Part shown: positions 1-7,992 of the stretch, one piece after another
Numbering within the stretch: the stretch's first letter is position 1
Layout of the letters: each line of letters starts with the position of its first letter
Assembly (NCBI GenBank): GCA_050633245.1
Contig: JBOEGD010000028.1
Location: 1 to 23,863, forward strand
Origin: Calditrichia bacterium
GTDB taxonomy: Bacteria > Calditrichota > Calditrichia > RBG-13-44-9 > J075
Direction: 5' to 3'
DNA: 23,863 bases
Made by a program: the position numbers and the translations under genes
Notes under the pieces: model-generated
Database searches by the model: none
Told to the model about the DNA's origin: nothing
What the model saw: the letters and a program-made list of their open reading frames with translations, nothing else

Positions 1-58
1 GGGTTCTGGGTTCTGGGTTCTTCAGCTAAATCATCATTCATAATTCATCACTCATCAA
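1..58. repeat. Intergenic heptamer tandem repeats: (GGGTTCT)x3 at 1-21 and degenerate TCATCAT/TCATAAT/TCATCAC/TCATCAA at 31-58
   Basis: Read directly from the sequence. The first array is cut by the window edge. Confidence 0.8.
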
Positions 59-66
59 TTGATAAG

Positions 67-711
67 TCATTCATCAATCACTTCTCCGCCGCAGACGCTT
101 TGAACGCGCTCAATAAATGTCATTCGATGTTGATCCAAAAGACTGACATCATAGCCCTCCGGTGCATACAGAATTAGCAGCGCTTTAGAAGTAGAGGTGC
201 TTATGCAAGTACGTAGTGAGTCAGTGAGTGGCGAACCAAAAGCACCGATGTCATCTTTCAAAACATAGCGGCCATCAAAAGACATTTCACGCTTGTTCAG
301 CGCCAGATAACTATCTTCTGTGCTTCCCTTAACGAGGTGAACAGTACCATGTAGCTTGTCTGCATCATAGATCCCAATCGGCAATAAAAAGTCAAGAGAA
401 CACCAGTTTCCGGCATCAACCAGTTCATTTACCGAGAAAAATCCTTTGTCTTTCATGGCGCGATTTAGAAGGGCTTCCGAGGAAGGTCGACGACGAGTAG
501 GTTCAATTCCAATAGCACGAAAAAAACTGCGGGCGTGAGCAACATCGGGAATTTCCGAGAGCGTTTTTCCCGCGTGCTCATTTGCAAGCTGTTGCCCCAA
601 GCGAAGAAGCTGCTCGTATGCCTGCTTCGACTCTCGAACCTGAAGTTGGTTGATTAAAACAGAAACAAGCTGAACCTTCAATCCGGATTCTACATGCACA
701 TTCATAAACAA
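67..711 (-). CDS. Stand-alone B3/B4 domain protein (PheRS beta-subunit editing-domain-like)
   Basis: Motifs 'FFRAIGIEPTRRRPSSEALLNR', 'VNELVDAGNWCSL...PIGIYDADKL' and 'DDIGAFGSP..DS.RT' are typical of stand-alone B3/4 proteins. GGAG RBS at 716-719 (minus). The start may be ATG 705 rather than TTG 711. Confidence 0.8.
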   Translation of the reverse strand: MFMNVHVESGLKVQLVSVLINQLQVRESKQAYEQLLRLGQQLANEHAGKTLSEIPDVAHARSFFRAIGIEPTRRRPSSEALLNRAMKDKGFFSVNELVDAGNWCSLDFLLPIGIYDADKLHGTVHLVKGSTEDSYLALNKREMSFDGRYVLKDDIGAFGSPLTDSLRTCISTSTSKALLILYAPEGYDVSLLDQHRMTFIERVQSVCGGEVIDE

Positions 712-744
712 ACTTCTCCGAAAAACTTCTGTTGAACCAAATAG

Positions 745-1440
745 CTACAATGGCTTCAATGTCGACAAACCGCCATCAACACGCATAACTTGTCCGGTTA
801 TCCAACCGTTGGTTTGCAGAAGGTGAGACGCCAATCCGGCAATATCTGCCGGCTCACCCACGCGCTTCAGTGGATGCCTGTTGGCAGAAGCCTGCTCTCT
901 GTCTGCAGTCGACAATAAGTTACCGGCAAGTGCTGTTCGGGTTATCGAAGGCGCAATTGCATTAACTCGAATGCCACTCGATGCTAACTCCGCAGCCAAA
1001 GACAATGTCAGTCCTTCAACCGCAGCTTTTGCAGCAGCAATTGAGGCATGAAAATTAAGCCCAACTTGCGAGGCAACTGTACTAAATAATAAAATGGCAC
1101 CTTTCCCGGTCTTTAAGGCAGGCAACGCTGTCTGTATCGCTTGAACAGCACCAAATACGTTTACATCCATATCTTTCAGGAAATCTGCCTTTCGCAGACG
1201 AGCAAACGGCTTCAGCGTAATGCTTCCGGGACAATAGGCAAGACCATGAAGCTCAGAAGGAATAAATTCTGCAAGCGAGGAAATATCTTCAGAGGTAATA
1301 TCAAGACTCAGATGCGGGTATGATGCAGGCGACTCTCCACGTGAAACCGTGTATACATTATTTTCCTGAGAAGAAAGATGATCGGCCAATGCCAAACCAA
1401 TTCCCTTTGTCCCACCGACCACTAAAAAATTATATGACAT
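745..1440 (-). CDS. Short-chain dehydrogenase/reductase (SDR)
   Basis: N-terminal Rossmann GGTKGIG, 'IRVNAIAPS', C-terminal 'WITGQVMRVDGG'. The catalytic YxxxK position reads IAAAK (Tyr absent), so it is an atypical SDR. Confidence 0.9.
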   Translation of the reverse strand: MSYNFLVVGGTKGIGLALADHLSSQENNVYTVSRGESPASYPHLSLDITSEDISSLAEFIPSELHGLAYCPGSITLKPFARLRKADFLKDMDVNVFGAVQAIQTALPALKTGKGAILLFSTVASQVGLNFHASIAAAKAAVEGLTLSLAAELASSGIRVNAIAPSITRTALAGNLLSTADREQASANRHPLKRVGEPADIAGLASHLLQTNGWITGQVMRVDGGLSTLKPL

Positions 1441-1464
1441 GCCAATCCCTATAAATGCGCAGCT

Positions 1465-2334
1465 TTAGCTATATTCAATGTCTTCAAACGTATATAATCG
1501 TTTTTCAATAACAGGACTTGCCGTATTCAACATATCAAATCCACTACCACCAATAAAGACCTTTACGCCGAACTCCTTACTAACTTCACAAATTCGATCT
1601 AACTCTTCCTGCACAATTTCGGGATCAGAAATAACAGTGCTGGCGACATATACCCGATCAGGGCGGAAGGAACGGAATACGCTCTCAAATTCGAGAGAAG
1701 GCGTCATCTGACCACTAAACATTACCTTAAACCCGCGAGCCTCAAGCACATGGTCCACCATTTTCAGAGCAATATCGTGAAGCTCTGTTGCAAAGTTTAA
1801 GCACAAAACATTGCCGATTTGCTTCGGTGGAACGCGGATAATGCCCTGAAGCCTGATAATGCAATCACGCAAGGTTTGCGAGGCAAAATGCTCTTCAACA
1901 ACACTTATCTTATTTTGCGTCCAAAGCTCTCCGATTTCATACAGAATTGGAGTAATTAATTTATCATATATTTGATGAAGAGGATATTGTCCCAGATAAA
2001 GCCCGCTAAAGACCTGCTGCACGCGATCGCGATTGCAGCTTAATGCCTGCTCGCGAACATATTCGGTTAGATAATCAAAATCACCCTTTACAATATAGTA
2101 GCCTATTTCCAAATCTTTTTGCCCTTCGAGAGGGAAAAGATTGGCGCGTGACACCTTTTTTTTGTTCTTCTCAAGAAACTCTGACAGATGCTCCATCAGA
2201 AACTTACGATGTCCACCGGCAGTCTTTATGCACTGCAACTTCCGCTCTTCTGTCCACCGCTTTATGGTTGAGACATTAACACCGAGTATTTTAGCCGCTT
2301 CGCGACTATTAAAATGTTGAATCTCTGCTTTCAT
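1465..2334 (-). CDS. Cobalamin-binding HTH transcriptional regulator, CarH/LitR-like photoregulator
   Basis: N-terminal MerR/excisionase-type HTH (SREAAKILGVNVSTIKRW...TAGGHRKF), W-x9-EH motif (WTQNKISVVEEH), B12-ligand-like ELHDIA, C-terminal GGSG; divergent from crt genes. Start moved from 2379 to ATG 2334 because GGAG lies at 2341-2344 and 2379 lies inside the predicted promoter. Confidence 0.85.
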   Translation of the reverse strand: MKAEIQHFNSREAAKILGVNVSTIKRWTEERKLQCIKTAGGHRKFLMEHLSEFLEKNKKKVSRANLFPLEGQKDLEIGYYIVKGDFDYLTEYVREQALSCNRDRVQQVFSGLYLGQYPLHQIYDKLITPILYEIGELWTQNKISVVEEHFASQTLRDCIIRLQGIIRVPPKQIGNVLCLNFATELHDIALKMVDHVLEARGFKVMFSGQMTPSLEFESVFRSFRPDRVYVASTVISDPEIVQEELDRICEVSKEFGVKVFIGGSGFDMLNTASPVIEKRLYTFEDIEYS

Positions 2335-2357
2335 AGAGTGCTCCGCTAATTTTGACA

Positions 2358-2386
2358 AATATAAAGTATTATCGGACAAATGTCAA
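2358..2386 (-). promoter_or_regulatory. sigma70 promoter for the carH-like/SDR/B3-4 operon
   Basis: Minus-strand TTGACA (2386-2381), 17-nt spacer, TATATT (2363-2358). Confidence 0.75.
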
Positions 2387-2388
2387 CA

Positions 2389-2441
2389 AAAATGAGCGTT
2401 TTGAGCTTTTCAAAAACCCAAAATGAGCGTTTTGAGCTTTT
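2389..2441. repeat. Perfect 22-bp direct repeat AAAATGAGCGTTTTGAGCTTTT (2389-2410 and 2420-2441), candidate operator
   Basis: Seen directly; 31-bp period; lies between the two -35 boxes. An inverted 10-bp copy AAAAGCTCAA lies at 2485-2494. The operator role is inference. Confidence 0.75.
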
Positions 2442-2448
2442 TTAATTG

Positions 2449-2477
2449 TTGACAAAAATTAGCATTAGGTCTATATT
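2449..2477 (+). promoter_or_regulatory. sigma70 promoter for the carotenoid operon
   Basis: TTGACA (2449-2454), 17-nt spacer, TATATT (2472-2477). Confidence 0.75.
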
Positions 2478-2571
2478 GTGATCGAAAAGCTCAATAAATG
2501 GCTTTGAAGCAAACTAAATTTTGGCACGGTTTGCAAGACTTAATTATGCATTAACTTTGGATTTTTGAAAA

Positions 2572-3246
2572 ATGAAATACGAATATCTCGTATTCAACCT
2601 CATCGTAATAAGCGGCCCTCTCGCTCTCAGTTTTGACAGAAGAGTCTACTTCTATAGCAAGTGGAAACAAGCTATTAGCGCCATTTTAATTACTCTGGTT
2701 CCCTTTGTTATATGGGATGCACTTGTTACACATAGCCACTGGTGGTTTAATGAAAACTACACGCTCGACTTCCGTCTTGCTCAACTGCCACTTGGCGAGT
2801 GGTTATTTTTTATTACCGTTCCTTATGCCTGTCTTTTTACCTGGGAGGTGCTTCGCTGCTATGAACTTGGTGCGCGACCTTTTTACGAATCGCTCAGTAA
2901 ACCAATGATAGCTCTTCTTCTTCCAGGTCTCTGGCTCCTTTCTATTGGAAAAGAATACACAGGGCTGGTATTAATTGCTCTTGCTGCCGCAGCCTTACTC
3001 GATATCATGCTGAAAACGAACATCTGGCGCACACAGCAAACTCCGCTATTTCTTGCTATCTGCACTGTATTCATGCTGATATTCAACGGTTATTTAACCG
3101 CCAGACCGGTAGTTTTATATGGTACAGAATACCAGTTAGACTTTCGCATAATCACAATTCCAATTGAAGATTTTGGCTACGGCTTTGCCCTGCTGCTTAC
3201 AAATATCATTCTCTTCGAGAAATTTAGGAGGGTGAAGCATGTCTAG
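2572..3246 (+). CDS. Membrane lycopene cyclase, fused CrtYc/CrtYd (CrtYcd) type
   Basis: Hydrophobic protein with two lycopene-cyclase halves: 'FVIWD...WWFN...LPLGEWLFFITVPYAC' and 'IFNGYLT..PVVLY...RIITIPIEDFGYGF'; first gene of the crt operon. Confidence 0.85.
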   Translation: MKYEYLVFNLIVISGPLALSFDRRVYFYSKWKQAISAILITLVPFVIWDALVTHSHWWFNENYTLDFRLAQLPLGEWLFFITVPYACLFTWEVLRCYELGARPFYESLSKPMIALLLPGLWLLSIGKEYTGLVLIALAAAALLDIMLKTNIWRTQQTPLFLAICTVFMLIFNGYLTARPVVLYGTEYQLDFRIITIPIEDFGYGFALLLTNIILFEKFRRVKHV

Positions 3247-4741
3247 GAAAATTGCCATTGTCGGTGGCGGTCTCGGCGGCTTAAGCGCAGCCATTCATTT
3301 GGCAGCAGGTGGCTATATAGTTTCTCTCTTCGAGAAGAACGAACGCTATGGTGGAAAAATGAATTTGCATGAAGAAGCTGGATATCGCTTCGATACAGGT
3401 CCATCGCTGCTCACTCTGCCACACGTTATAGATGATCTGTTTACCACAGCCGGCATCGATAGACAAGCTATTATGCAAATTGATGCAGTTGACCCTATCT
3501 GCCGCTATTTCTGGTCTGATGGCAGCCGAATGGACGCTAAGAGCGAGAGCCGCGCCATGGAAGCAGAAATGGCACAAATTTCTCCGGCAGATGCCAAGCG
3601 TTATAACAGCTACCTTTCCTATTGTGAGACGATCTACAACATTACGGCAAACATTTTCTTGTACAATCCGGTCCACGAGTTTCACACTCTACTCAATAAA
3701 GAGACACTTCACTCGCTGATGCGAATTGCAAAAATCGACCCATTCCGCAACGTCAACAGCTCCGTGTCACGTTTTTTTGAAGATGAACGACTGCAGCAGC
3801 TATTTAATCGTTATGCGACCTACAATGGCTCCGATCCATTTCAGGCACCAGCAACATTGAACATTATTCCGTACGTGGAGTTTGGACTGGGTGGATACTA
3901 TATTCGCGGTGGCATGTATCAGCTGGTAGAGTGTATGGTAGCTGCGGCAAAAAAGCTCAATGTAACGCTGCACAACAACACATCTGTTGAGAAGATAGTA
4001 CACAAAGACGGTCGGGTAAGGGCTATAAAAGTAGACGGCGAAACAATTGCGGCAGATGCAGTTGTATGCAATGCAGACGTGGTAGAAGCTCACAACATGT
4101 TGATTGATGGTTTTCCCTCCCAAAGAAAGAAGCTGAATAAGCTGGAGGCATCAATATCAGGAATGGTTTTTATGTGGGGAGTAAAAAAACAAAACGCGCA
4201 GCTATGCCATCACAATATTTTGTTTTCCGAAGACTATAGGAATGAGTTCAGGCAAATCTTTAGCAAACGCATTGTTCCTGATGACCCAACTGTTTATGTC
4301 GCCATTACCTCGCGTAGTGATGCCTCGCATGCACCGGCGGATTGCGAGAACTGGTTTGTCTTACTGAATATGCCTTACTTAAATGGTCAGGATTGGCAAG
4401 CAGCTGTTCCAAGGATGAAGCAGGCGGTTCTAAGACGCCTGAAACAAAGCGGAATAGATATATCCACGGCAATAGAAATGGAAAAAGTGCTAACTCCGGA
4501 AGACTTTTATCGTAACTATGGCAGTAATCGCGGTAGCATTTACGGCATTTCTTCTAATAGTCGCATAACTGCTTTTAAGCGGCCGGCCAATAGAAGTCGG
4601 GCTATCGATGGGCTATTTTTTGCTGGCGGCTCATCTCATCCTGGTGGTGGAATTCCGCTGGTGATTTTATCCGGCAAAATGTGTGCAGATTTAATCAAAG
4701 AACGCGTCCCATTAAGCAAGGCAGTCTACCTGACATCATAA
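3239..4741 (+). CDS. CrtI-family carotenoid desaturase, probably a CrtD-like 1-hydroxycarotenoid 3,4-desaturase
   Basis: GGGLGG FAD motif, FDTGPSLLT, 'RYATYNGSDPFQAPATL', C-terminal GGSSHPGGGIP. The CrtD role is inferred from the presence of a second, more canonical CrtI and a CruF-like hydratase. Confidence 0.75.
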   Translation: MSRKIAIVGGGLGGLSAAIHLAAGGYIVSLFEKNERYGGKMNLHEEAGYRFDTGPSLLTLPHVIDDLFTTAGIDRQAIMQIDAVDPICRYFWSDGSRMDAKSESRAMEAEMAQISPADAKRYNSYLSYCETIYNITANIFLYNPVHEFHTLLNKETLHSLMRIAKIDPFRNVNSSVSRFFEDERLQQLFNRYATYNGSDPFQAPATLNIIPYVEFGLGGYYIRGGMYQLVECMVAAAKKLNVTLHNNTSVEKIVHKDGRVRAIKVDGETIAADAVVCNADVVEAHNMLIDGFPSQRKKLNKLEASISGMVFMWGVKKQNAQLCHHNILFSEDYRNEFRQIFSKRIVPDDPTVYVAITSRSDASHAPADCENWFVLLNMPYLNGQDWQAAVPRMKQAVLRRLKQSGIDISTAIEMEKVLTPEDFYRNYGSNRGSIYGISSNSRITAFKRPANRSRAIDGLFFAGGSSHPGGGIPLVILSGKMCADLIKERVPLSKAVYLTS

Positions 4742-4843
4742 AAGGCCTATGGGACAATGAAAAACAAAAAGGAAAAAACCAGAACTGACAACCTGAGTAA
4801 CCAAAGCATTCTGATACCCAATCGGAATAAGGAGAGAAAAGAA

Positions 4844-6355
4844 ATGAAAAAAATTGCAGTGGTCGGCAGTGGATTTGGCGGTCTTTCAGCCGCAATTCGC
4901 CTGCAGGCCCGTGGATTTCAGGTAACTATTTATGAGAAGAATGAAAAGATTGGCGGTCATGCCTATCAACTTAAGAAAGACGGCTACACCTTTGATATGG
5001 GTCCATCGCTCATTACAGCGCCAGATATTATCGACCGTATTTTTCAATCAGCCGGAAAGCGCCTGAGTGATTATCTGGATCTTATTTTTCTCGACCCCTT
5101 TTATCGCATCTTTTATCATGATGGTTCGATGCTGGACTATTGCGCCGATGGCGAAAAAATGAAGCAGCAGATGGCTGAATTTAGCCAGGCCGATGCGGAT
5201 AACTATGATGATTTTATCGCCTATGTAGAAAAACTCTACAAAGCGGTTATTACAGACGGACTTGGCTCTCAAGCCTTCGATTACCCCACGATGCTCAGCT
5301 TTCTTCCAAAAGCAGTCAAGCTAAACGCCCTTTTCCCGGCATTTCACAATGTGAAACGCTTCTTTAAAGATCCGCGTAATCAATTTGCGTTCTCCTTTCA
5401 TCCACTTTTTATAGGCGGTAGCCCATTCCGTTCGCCGTCTGTTTACTTAATGATTCCGTTTCTGGAGAAACAGGGAGGCGTGTGGTTCACAAAAGGCGGT
5501 ATGTACAGCCTGGTTGAAGCGCTTGAAAAGGTATTTCTGGAGTTGGGTGGCAAAATTAGAACGAATTGCGAAGTCCAACAGATTTCCGTAACGAACGGCA
5601 AGGCCAATGGCGTTGTTGTGAAAGATGGGTTTGCATCGGCAGACGCCGTTATTTCCAACGCACACTTTGCGCACACCTACAAAGATCTAATCAGTCCCGA
5701 TGCGCGGCGAAAGTGGAACAATCGTAAAGTTGAAAAGCTTGCTTACGGAATGAGCTGCTTTTTAATGTATATTGGCGTGCGTAAACAATATCCTAAACTG
5801 CTGCATCACACGCTAATCCTGTCAGAACGCTATCGCGAGTTGGTTCGCGATATTTTTGACAAGAAGGTTTTAGCGGAGGATTTTTCAATGTATTTGCATG
5901 TCCCAACACGAAGTGACGCCGAAATGGCTCCTCCGGGCTGCGAAAGCATGTATGTGCTGATTCCGGTACCAAACCTCGCTGGAGATATTGATTGGAGTTC
6001 GATGGCGCAACCGTTTGCCGATCGTGTACTTAAATTTCTTGAAGAGGAGTTTGGAATGGAAGACCTGCGCGACAATATTGACGTGCTGGAGCTCTTTACA
6101 CCGAATGACTTTGCCAAGCAGCGTAATAATTATCTTGGAAGCGCCTGGGGAGTTGAGCCCAAAATGACTCAGACCGCTAGTTTTAGACCGCGTAACCGCA
6201 GCGAAGATGTAGAGAACCTATATCTTGTTGGTGCCAGTACTCACCCCGGCGCAGGAGTTCCCGGCGTTATGTTGACTGCCGAAGCTACTGAAAAGCTGGT
6301 ACTGGAAGACCTCGGTCATCCCGAAACCCAAAAAACCAAACTGCAATCCGCTTGA
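4844..6355 (+). CDS. crtI: Phytoene desaturase
   Basis: GSGFGG, FDMGPSLIT, 'FSFHPLFIGGSPF', 'GASTHPGAGVPGV'. Start placed at ATG 4844 (MKKIAVVG) after AAGGAG, rather than 4757. Confidence 0.88.
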   Translation: MKKIAVVGSGFGGLSAAIRLQARGFQVTIYEKNEKIGGHAYQLKKDGYTFDMGPSLITAPDIIDRIFQSAGKRLSDYLDLIFLDPFYRIFYHDGSMLDYCADGEKMKQQMAEFSQADADNYDDFIAYVEKLYKAVITDGLGSQAFDYPTMLSFLPKAVKLNALFPAFHNVKRFFKDPRNQFAFSFHPLFIGGSPFRSPSVYLMIPFLEKQGGVWFTKGGMYSLVEALEKVFLELGGKIRTNCEVQQISVTNGKANGVVVKDGFASADAVISNAHFAHTYKDLISPDARRKWNNRKVEKLAYGMSCFLMYIGVRKQYPKLLHHTLILSERYRELVRDIFDKKVLAEDFSMYLHVPTRSDAEMAPPGCESMYVLIPVPNLAGDIDWSSMAQPFADRVLKFLEEEFGMEDLRDNIDVLELFTPNDFAKQRNNYLGSAWGVEPKMTQTASFRPRNRSEDVENLYLVGASTHPGAGVPGVMLTAEATEKLVLEDLGHPETQKTKLQSA

Positions 6356-6367
6356 GAGGAGCAAATC

Positions 6368-7300
6368 GTGAAATTCTGGTTAAATTCGCCTGATGTTGCT
6401 GCATTTCAACACGCGAAGAAACTGACGTCACATTACGCTAAAAGCTTTTACTTCTCTGCCCGTATTCTACCAGACGAGAAGCGTTGGGCAACCTATGCCC
6501 TATACGGCTTTTGTCGTTATGCTGACAACCTGATCGACAATCCGCGTTCACGAACGCTAAATGAATTGCTCATGGAAGTAGACTTTCTGGAGAAGGAACT
6601 CCAAATAGCTTATCGTACCGGTGAGTCGGAACACCCGGTTGTAAAACCATTTATTATCGTTGCACGTAAGTATGGGATTCCAATCGAATATCCGCTCGAT
6701 TTATTAAAGGGCGTAACAATGGATCTGCAGAATACACGTTACGAAACTTTTGAAGATCTGTACGTATTCTGCTATCGCGTTGCCGGAGTCGTTGGTTTAA
6801 TGATGACCCACGTGCTCGGTTACAAGGATAAAAGTGCATTCGAGTATGCAGAGAAACTCGGTATTGCCATGCAGCTGACCAATATTCTACGCGATGTTAA
6901 GGAAGACAAAGAAATGGGACGCATTTATCTTCCCCAGGAAGACCTGCGCCATTTCGGTATTTCAGATGACGATATTATGGCAGAAAAAATGGACAGCAAA
7001 CTGTCTCGCATGATGCAGTTTCAGGTAGAACGTGCGCGTCGCTACTATGAAGAAGCGGATCCGGGAGTTGCACTACTAGACCGCGAGTCGCAATTTGCAA
7101 TTTATAGCGCCAGTAAAATTTACGGTGGTATTTTGCTAAAGATCGAGGCGCAGGATTACAATCCTTTCCTTGGTCGGGTTTTCGTACCAAAATTCAAAAA
7201 ACTGCGTATTCTTCTAAACGAGGTTTTTTGGACACGGTTATTACCGGTACGCAATACCTACGCAGTGTCGTATTTTAAAGTGGCTGAAGAACAACAATGA
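6368..7300 (+). CDS. crtB: Phytoene synthase
   Basis: KSFYF, 'YGFCRYADNLID', 'YRVAGVVG', 'QLTNILRDVKED...GRIYLP'; GAGGAG RBS before the GTG start. Confidence 0.93.
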   Translation: MKFWLNSPDVAAFQHAKKLTSHYAKSFYFSARILPDEKRWATYALYGFCRYADNLIDNPRSRTLNELLMEVDFLEKELQIAYRTGESEHPVVKPFIIVARKYGIPIEYPLDLLKGVTMDLQNTRYETFEDLYVFCYRVAGVVGLMMTHVLGYKDKSAFEYAEKLGIAMQLTNILRDVKEDKEMGRIYLPQEDLRHFGISDDDIMAEKMDSKLSRMMQFQVERARRYYEEADPGVALLDRESQFAIYSASKIYGGILLKIEAQDYNPFLGRVFVPKFKKLRILLNEVFWTRLLPVRNTYAVSYFKVAEEQQ

Positions 7301-7992
7301 TAGAGGCAAATCCTTCGGCATCGGCTGGATGGATGTTCAGCATCTACCTGAAGCGACTGTTAAAAAAGCATTTCTTTTCTGTTCGCCTTCTCGGCGATGT
7401 TCCGGAGCCCGCTCCGGAACATCCGTTACTGCTATTGCCAAATCATAGCACCTGGTGGGATGGCTTTTTCGCATGGCAGCTTAACGAACAGCTCTTTCGC
7501 CGCCCATTTTACCTCATGATGCTGCAAGAGCAGCTTCAGAAGTATACTTTTTTTCGTAAATTAGGCGTCTTCGGCATCGACCCTGTCAACCCCAAGGGCA
7601 TGTTAAGCAGTTTAAACTACTCTGTAAACCTGCTAAACCAACTGCCCCCTCCAATACTGACCGTTTTTCCTCAAGGTGAATTACTTCCTACCCGCCAAAG
7701 TCCTCTTGGCTATAAAAAAGGGGTCGACTGGATTTTGAAACGTTATGCTAAGCCAATCAATCTTCTGCCGTTGGCCATTCGCTGTGAATTTACTGCGGAG
7801 CAGCTGCCGCTGGTGTTTTTTGAATTTGGAGATCTCATTAACTTATCGAGTAGCGGTTTTGAGGGCATTCACTGGCTGGAAGAGCAGGAAATGGACTTGC
7901 TAAATCAATTGGACAAGCGAATTATTGCCGGTGAACGTGGATTGGATTTAATGTCGTTTTCCAGATCGAACCGATTGGAGCGAGGCCAATGA
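7297..7992 (+). CDS. PlsC-family acyltransferase, probable carotenoid-glycoside acyltransferase (CruD-like)
   Basis: NHSTWWD (HxxxxD) and FPQG motifs; ATGA overlaps with crtB and with the downstream GT2. Confidence 0.8.
   Translation: MIEANPSASAGWMFSIYLKRLLKKHFFSVRLLGDVPEPAPEHPLLLLPNHSTWWDGFFAWQLNEQLFRRPFYLMMLQEQLQKYTFFRKLGVFGIDPVNPKGMLSSLNYSVNLLNQLPPPILTVFPQGELLPTRQSPLGYKKGVDWILKRYAKPINLLPLAIRCEFTAEQLPLVFFEFGDLINLSSSGFEGIHWLEEQEMDLLNQLDKRIIAGERGLDLMSFSRSNRLERGQ

Noticed and set aside
2335-2379. N-terminal extension of the CarH-like ORF given by the track (start 2379)
   Set aside because: It overlaps the predicted promoter; ATG 2334 has a proper GGAG RBS.
2389-2441. 22-bp direct repeat as a mini-CRISPR or IS target duplication
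   Set aside because: Only two copies with a 9-bp spacer, and no cas or transposase genes; its position between promoters favours an operator.
2521-2535. TTGGCACGGTTTGCA looks like a sigma54 promoter upstream of the cyclase gene
   Set aside because: GG-to-GC spacing is 8 nt, not the required 10, and a good sigma70 promoter already exists at 2449-2477.
4757-4843. 29-aa N-terminal extension of CrtI
   Set aside because: Low-complexity sequence ahead of the Rossmann motif; AAGGAG precedes ATG 4844.
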